A stretch of DNA of 64,000 nt. Source: the human T2T-CHM13v2.0 reference genome, Homo sapiens. The position numbers and the translations under genes are program-made. The notes under the pieces are model-generated. The model searched no databases. It worked only from the letters and a program-made list of their open reading frames with translations, and was not told the origin of the DNA. This document shows positions 54,969 to 64,000 of this stretch, piece after piece. Location: the NCBI RefSeq assembly GCF_009914755.1, contig NC_060948.1; one strand, written 5' to 3'. Numbering within the stretch: position 1 is the first letter of the stretch; every line of letters starts with the position of its first letter.

Positions 54969-57089
54969 AGATCCATATTTTTTAAATGAAAAAAAATTTC
55001 AAAGGTACTCTGCTTGGTACAATAATCAAATGTATAAACTGAGGAATAAAACATAACCATGAAACCTACTTATAACTGCATATGGAAAATACAGAGGATA
55101 ATTTTTTAAATAACATATTTTGAAAGCCTTAACTAGTAATTTGAAGAGTTGGCATTTGAAAGGCCAGTATGAATATACCTTCAAAGCAGCAACACAGGTT
55201 CCCCATGAGAAAAAGCAAACTCAGGGAAAATAAAACCACAAAGGTTCAATCTCTTCTGACCTTTGAAAGACACAGCACAGACAGTGGTCCTTAGGACGAA
55301 GAGCAGGAGACCTCTAATTCCGTCACCATGGCGATAGGGCATAAACATTGCTGGGTGAGGGCACAATCAACCTTGTGAGGTCCAACTGCTGTCAGGAAGA
55401 CAGGAGTGCTTTTACATACACCGAAAGGTCATTGAAGGCTCAGAGTTTTGTTTCAAGAACTGAATCCCAAGCCCACACGTTATTAGGCTGTGCTTCTTAA
55501 AACAAGTTATGAGATGGGGAAAAGGGCACTCACAAACATACGTATACATTATGTATATAATAATATGCAGTATCATATTTATAATATATATAACCTATGT
55601 ATAATATTGTTTTACATCCTGCATCTTATATTATATATAGTATAAAATATAATAATTGATAATATATAAGTTTTATATTTCTACAATATGACATATAGTA
55701 TATATTATAATTTATGTCATATATATGTTATATATCATATATAGAATATATTATACGGTTAATATACGTATTAAATATAAATTATACATTATATATATTA
55801 TATATAATATATCTGTTATATATAATACTCATTATGCATACTATATATATTATGTCTATGTTATATATAGTAAAACACAACATATAATAATATATAATTG
55901 TATATATAAAATGCGACATATTATATATATTATATTTTATGACATATGTAATATATATTATATATTATATATAATACGTTGTATGTATAATACCTATATT
56001 AAATATATATTATATGACCACGTTATTAATTACATGTCACATATGTTATATATTATATATTTTACATAGAATATACCGGTTACATACCATATATACTCTG
56101 TTAGCTATAATGTATAATTTATTACATGTAAAATAAATAATGCAATATATTATGTATAATTTATAATATACAATATGTGGAATGTGATATATATAACATA
56201 TAATATATGATATATGATATACAGTATATGATATATAACATACAATATATGATACCTAATATATATGGTATGCAATATATATTTTATGATATGTATTCTC
56301 TATGTTTTATATTCTGTTATATATAACTATTTGAAATTATATATAACTGTATAATATTTTAGGTAAATATGTAATATAATATATATAACTATATAATATA
56401 TTATATATAACTATATATTATGTTATATATACTTTTATAACATAATTTACATAAAATATCATAATATAATATATATTATATTATTTCACATTACATAATA
56501 TATATTACATATCACCCAATATAAGTAACATACATAATATTATAATATAGATTATATTATGTTATATTAAATATCATATATATCATGTATCATATATCCT
56601 ATAATATATATTACACATTATATAATATGTATGTTGTCTATTATGTGATATATATAACTATATATATAATTATATTATTATACATATAACTAGATAAACA
56701 TGTAATTGTACATAATTTCATTTATAATATATAGAATTATATAATCATATATAATTATTTATATTCTATAAAAAATTATATCATTATATAAATTATAATA
56801 TATAAAAATTATAATATGTACTACAAATATATATATTATATATCTTATATGATATAGTACCTTTGTTATATATCATAATACATATAAATGTGTATTATGT
56901 CATCTATAATTATATAATTTCATATATAAGATGTATAATATGTATTATATATTGTGTATGTTATGTAATATATATAGTATATATAAGCTGACACAGGATA
57001 AATATTATATACTATGAGATATAAAATATATGAGGTTATATGTTACATATAAGGCATAGCACATAACATGTAATATATATCATATATAA

Positions 57090-57381
57090 TTTTTTTTTAG
57101 ACAGAGTCTTGTCGTGTTGCACAGTGTGGAGTACAATGGCGCCATCTTTGCTCACTGCAACATCTGCCTCACGGGTCCATGTGATTGTCCTCCCTCAGCC
57201 TCCCAGGTAGCTGGGACTACACCACACTGGGACTACACCAGCTGCCACCATGCCTAGCTAATTTTTTGGATTTTTAGTAGTGACAGCGTTTCACTGTATT
57301 GGCCAGGATGGTCTTGATCTCTTCACCTTGTGATCCCCTTGCCTTGGCCTCCAAATTTGCTGGGATTACAGGCCTGAGCCA
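57090..57381 (-). mobile_element. Diverged Alu, copy 24
   Basis: Same Alu as copy 1, T tract to gagcca. Confidence 0.93.
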
Positions 57382-59486
57382 AGATCCATATTTTTTAAAT
57401 GAAAAAAAATTTCAAAGGTACTCTGCTTGGTACAATAATCAAATGTATAAACTGAGGAATAAAACATAACCATGAAACCTACTTATAACTGCATATGGAA
57501 AATACAGAGGATAATTTTTTAAATAACATATTTTGAAAGCCTTAACTAGTAATTTGAAGAGTTGGCATTTGAAAGGCCAGTATGAATATACCTTCAAAGC
57601 AGCAACACAGGTTCCCCATGAGAAAAAGCAAACACAGGGAAAATAAAAACACAAAGGTTCAATCTCTTCTGACCTTTGAAAGACACAGCACAGACAGTGG
57701 TCCTTAGGACGAAGAGCAGGAGACCCCTAATTCCGTCACCATGGCGATAGGGCATAAACATTGCTGGGTGAGGGCACAATCCACATTGTGAGGTCCAACT
57801 GCTGCCAGGAAGACAGGAGTGCTTTTACATAGACCGAAAGGTCATTGAAGGCTCAGAGTTTTGTTTCAAGAACTGAATCCCAAGCCCACACGTTATTAGG
57901 CTGCGCTTCTTAAAACAAGTTATGAGATGGGAAAAAGGGCACCCACAAACATACGTATACATTATGTATATAATAATATACAGTATCATATATATAATAT
58001 ATATAACCTATGTATACTATTGTTTTACATCCTGCATCTTATATTATATATATTGTATAAAATATAATAATTGATAATATATAAGTTTTATATTTATACA
58101 ATATGACATATAGTATATATTATAATTTATGACATATATAATATATGTTATATATCATATATAGAATATATTATACGGTAAATATACGTATTAAATATAA
58201 ATTATACATTATATATATTATATAAAATATATCTGTTATATATAATACCCATTATGCATAATATATATATTATGTCTATGTTATATATAGTATAAAACAA
58301 CATATAATAATATATAATTGTATATATAAAATGCGACATATAATATATATTACATTTTATGACATATGTAATATATATTATATATTATAAATAATACGTT
58401 GTATGTATAATACCTATATTAAATATATATTATATGACTATGTTATTAATTACATGTCACATATGTTATATATTATATATTTTACATAGAATATACCGGT
58501 TACATACAATATATACTATGTTACCTATAATGTATAATTTATTACATGTAAAATAAAGAATGCAATATATTATGTATATTTTATAATGTACAATATGTGG
58601 AATGTGATATATATAACATATAATATATGATATATGATATACAGTATATGATATATAACATACAATATATGATACCTAATATATATGGTATACAATATAT
58701 ATTTTATGATATGTATTCTCTATGTTTTATATTCTGTTATATATAACTATTTGAAATTATATATAACTATATAATATTTTATGTAAATATGTAATATAAT
58801 ATATGTAACTATATAATATATTATATATAACTATATATTATGTTATATATACTTTTATAACATAATTTTCTTAAAATATCATAATATAATATATATTATA
58901 TTATTTCATATTACATAATATATATTACATATCACCCAATATAAGTAACATACACAATATTATAATATAGATTATATTATGTTATATTAAATATCATATA
59001 TATCATGTATCATATATTCTATAATATCTATTATACATTATATAATATGTATGTTGTCTATTATATGATATATATAACTATATATATAATTATATTATTA
59101 TACATATAGCTAGATAAACATGTAATTCTACATATTTTCATTTATAATATATAGAATTATATAATCATATATAATTATTTATATTCTATAAAAAATTATA
59201 TCATTATATAAATTATAATATATAAAAATTATAATATGTACTACAAATATATATATTATATATCATATATGATATAGTACCTTTGTTATATATCATAATA
59301 CATATAAATGTGTATTATGTCATCTATAATTATATAATTTCATATATAAGATGTATAATATGTATTATATATTATATATGTTATGTAATATATATAGTAT
59401 GTATAAGATGACACAGGATAAATATTATATACTATGACATATAAAATATATGAGGTTATATGTTACATATAAGGCATAGCAAATAA

Positions 59487-59801
<315 letters not shown>

Positions 59802-61917
59802 AGATCCATATTTTTTAAATGAAAAAAAATTTCAAAGGTACTCTGCTTGGTACAATAATCAAATGTATAAACTGAGGAATAAAACATAACCATGAAACCT
59901 ACTTATAACTGCATATGGAAAATACAGAGGATAATTTTTTAAATAACATATTTTGAAAGCCTTAACTAGTAATTTGAAGAGTTGGCATTTGAAAGGCCAG
60001 TATGAATATACCTTCAAAGCAGCAACACAGGTTCCCCATGAGAAAAAGCAAACTCAGGGAAAATAAAACCACAAAGGTTCAATCTCTTCTGACCTTTGAA
60101 AGACACAGCACAGACAGTGGTCCTTAGGACGAAGAGCAGGAGACCTCTAATTCCGTCACCATGGCGATAGGGCATAAACATTGCTGGGTGAGGGCACAAT
60201 CCACCTTGTGAGGTCCAACTGCTGTCAGGAAGACAGGAGTGCTTTTACATACACCGAAAGGTCATTGAAGGCTCAGAGTTTTGTTTCAAGAACTGAATCC
60301 CAAGCCCACACGTTATTAGGCTGTGCTTCTTAAAACAAGTTATGAGATGGGGAAAAGGGCACTCACAAACATACGTATACATTATGTATATAATAATATA
60401 CAGTATCATATTTATAATATATATAACCTATTTATAATATTGTTTTACATCCTGCATCTTATATTACATATAGTATAAAATATAATAATTGATAATATAT
60501 AAGTTTTATATTTCTACAATATGACATATAGTATATATTATAATTTATGTCATATGTATGTTATATATCATATATAGAATATATTATACGGTTAATATAC
60601 GTATTAAATATAAATTATACATTATATATATTATATATAATATATCTGTAATATATAATACTCATTATGCATAATATATATATTATGTCTATGTTATATA
60701 GAGTATAACACAACATATAATAATATATAATTGTATATATAAAATGCGACATATTATATATATTATATGACATATGTAATATATATTATATATTATATAT
60801 AATACGTTGTATGTATAATACCTATATTAAATATATATTATATGACTACGTTATTAATTACATGTCACATATGTTATATATTATATATTTTACATAGAAT
60901 ATACCGGTTACATACAATATATACTCTGTTACCTATAATGTATAATTTATTACATGTAAAATAAATAATGCAATATATTATGTATAATTTATAATATACA
61001 ATATGTGGAATGTGATATATATAACATATAATATATGATATATGATATACAGTATATGATATATAACATACAATATATGATACCTAATATATATGGTATA
61101 CAATATATATTTTATGATATGTATTCTCTATGTTTTATATTCTGTTATATATAACTATTTGAAATTATATATAACTGTATAATATTTTATGTAAATATGT
61201 AATATAATATATATAACCATATAATATATTATATATAACTATATATTATGTTATATATACTTTTATTACATAATTTGCATAAAATATCATAATATAATAT
61301 ATATTATATTATTTCATATTACATAATATATATTACATATCACCCAATATAAGCAACATACATAATATTATAATATAGATTATATTATGTTATATTAAAT
61401 ATCATATATATCATGTATCATATATTCTATAATATATATTATAGATTATATAATATGTATGTTGTCTATTATGTGATATATATAACTATATATATATTTA
61501 TATTATTATATATATAACTAGATAAACATGTAATTCTACATATTTTCATTTATAATATATAGAATTATATAATCATATATAATTATTTATATTCTATAAA
61601 AAATTATATCATTATATAAATTATAATATATAAAAATTATAATATGTACTAGAAATATATATATTATATATCATATATGATATAGTACCTTTGTTATATA
61701 TCATGATACATATAAATGTGTATTATGTTATCTATAAGTATATAATTTCATATATAAGTTATATAATATGTATTATATATTATATATGTTATGTAATATA
61801 TATAGTATATATAAGATGACACAGGATAAATATTATATACTATGACATATAAAATATATGAGGTTATATGTTACATATAAGGCATAGCACATAACATGTA
61901 ATATATATCATCTATAA

Positions 61918-62209
<292 letters not shown>

Positions 62210-64000
62210 AGATCCATATTTTTTAAATGAAAAAAAATTTCAAAGGTACTCTGCTTGGTACAATAATCAAATGTATAAACTGAGGAATAAAACATAACCA
62301 TGAAACCTACTTATAACTGCATATGGAAAATACAGAGGATAATTTTTTAAATAACATATTTTGAAAGCCTTAACTAGTAATTTGAAGAGTTGGCATTTGA
62401 AAGGCCAGTATGAATACACCTTCAAAGCAGCAACACAGGTTCCCCATGAGAAAAAGCAAACTCAGGGAAAATAAAACCACAAAGGTTCAACCTCTTCTGA
62501 CCTTTGAAAGGGACAGCACAGACAGCGGTCCTTAGGACGAAGAGCAGGAGACCCCTAATCCCGTCACCATGGCGATAGGGCATAAACATTGCTGGGTGAG
62601 GGCGCAATCCACATTGTGAGGTCCAACTGCTGCCAGGAAGACAGGAGTGCTTTTACATAGAACGAAAGGTCATTGAAGGCTCAGAGTTTTGTTTCAAGAA
62701 CTGAATCCCAACCCCACAGCTTATTACGCTGCGCTTCTTAAAACAAGTTATGAGATGGGAAAAAGGGCACCCACAAACTTACGTATACATTATGTATATA
62801 ATAATATACAGTATCATATACATAATATATAAACTATGTATAATATTGTTTTACATCCTGCATCTTATATTATATATATTGTATAAAATATAATAATTGA
62901 TAATATATAAGTTTTATATTTAAACAATGTGACATATAGTATATATTATAATTTATGACATATATAATATATGTTATATATCATATATAGAATATATTAC
63001 ACGGTTAATATACGTATTAAATATAAATTATACCTCATATATATTATATATAATATATCTGTTATATATAACACCCATTATGCATAATATATATATTATG
63101 TCTATCTTATATATAGTATAAAACAACATATAATTATATATAATTTTATATATAAAATGTGACATATAATATATATTATATTTTATGACATAGGTAATAT
63201 AAATTATATATTATATATAATACGTTGTATGTATAATACCTATATTAAATATATATGATAGGACTATGTTATTAATTACATGTCACATATGTTATATATT
63301 ATATATTTTACGTAGAATATACCGGTTACATACAATATATACTATGTAACCTATAATGTATATTTTTTTATATGTAATATAAAGAATGTCATATATTATG
63401 TATAATTTATAATATAAAATATGTGGAATGTGATATATATAAAATATAATATATGATATATGATATAGAGTATATGATATATAACATACAATATATGATA
63501 CCTAATATATATGGTATACAATATATATTTTATGATATGAATTCTATATGTTTTATATTCTGTTATATATAACTATTTGAAATTATATATAACTGTATAA
63601 TATTTTATGTAAATATGTAATATACTATATATAACTATATAATATATTATATATAACTATATATTATGTTATATATGCTTTTATAACATAATTTACATAA
63701 AATATCATAATATAATATATATTATATTATTTCATATTAGATAATATATATTACATATCACCCAATATAAGTAACATACATAATATTAAAATATAGATTA
63801 TATTATGTTATATTAAATATCATATATATCATGTATCATATATTCTGTAATATATATTATACATTATATAATATGCATGTTGTCTATTATGTGATGTATA
63901 TAACTATATATATAATTATATTATTATACATATAACTACATAAACATGTATTTCTATATATTTTCATTTATAATATATAGAATTATATAATCATATATAA

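Overview
The whole 64 kb is one uninterrupted head-to-tail tandem array of about 26.5 copies of a ~2.42 kb unit (spacings 2408-2421 bp, mean ~2418, from the repeated ORF-track anchor). Each unit has three parts: ~1.55 kb of extremely AT-rich, TA-dinucleotide-like sequence, a ~290 bp diverged Alu on the minus strand carrying a private 16-bp duplication, and a ~570 bp mixed-composition segment. This matches the human DYZ2 / HSat1B satellite, most likely from Yq12 heterochromatin. GGCC positions predict a 2144-bp HaeIII fragment per unit, consistent with the classical male-specific 2.1-kb band. I see no credible protein-coding gene, RNA gene or CRISPR array, and the listed ORFs are artefacts of the repeat. 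I found no new biological system. The real signal is the array's turnover history, readable from shared variants: local blocks of related units, long-range copies 8 and 13 units apart, chimeric units, a probable gene-conversion tract, an incipient two-unit periodicity, and a more diverged last unit. All comparisons were made by eye.
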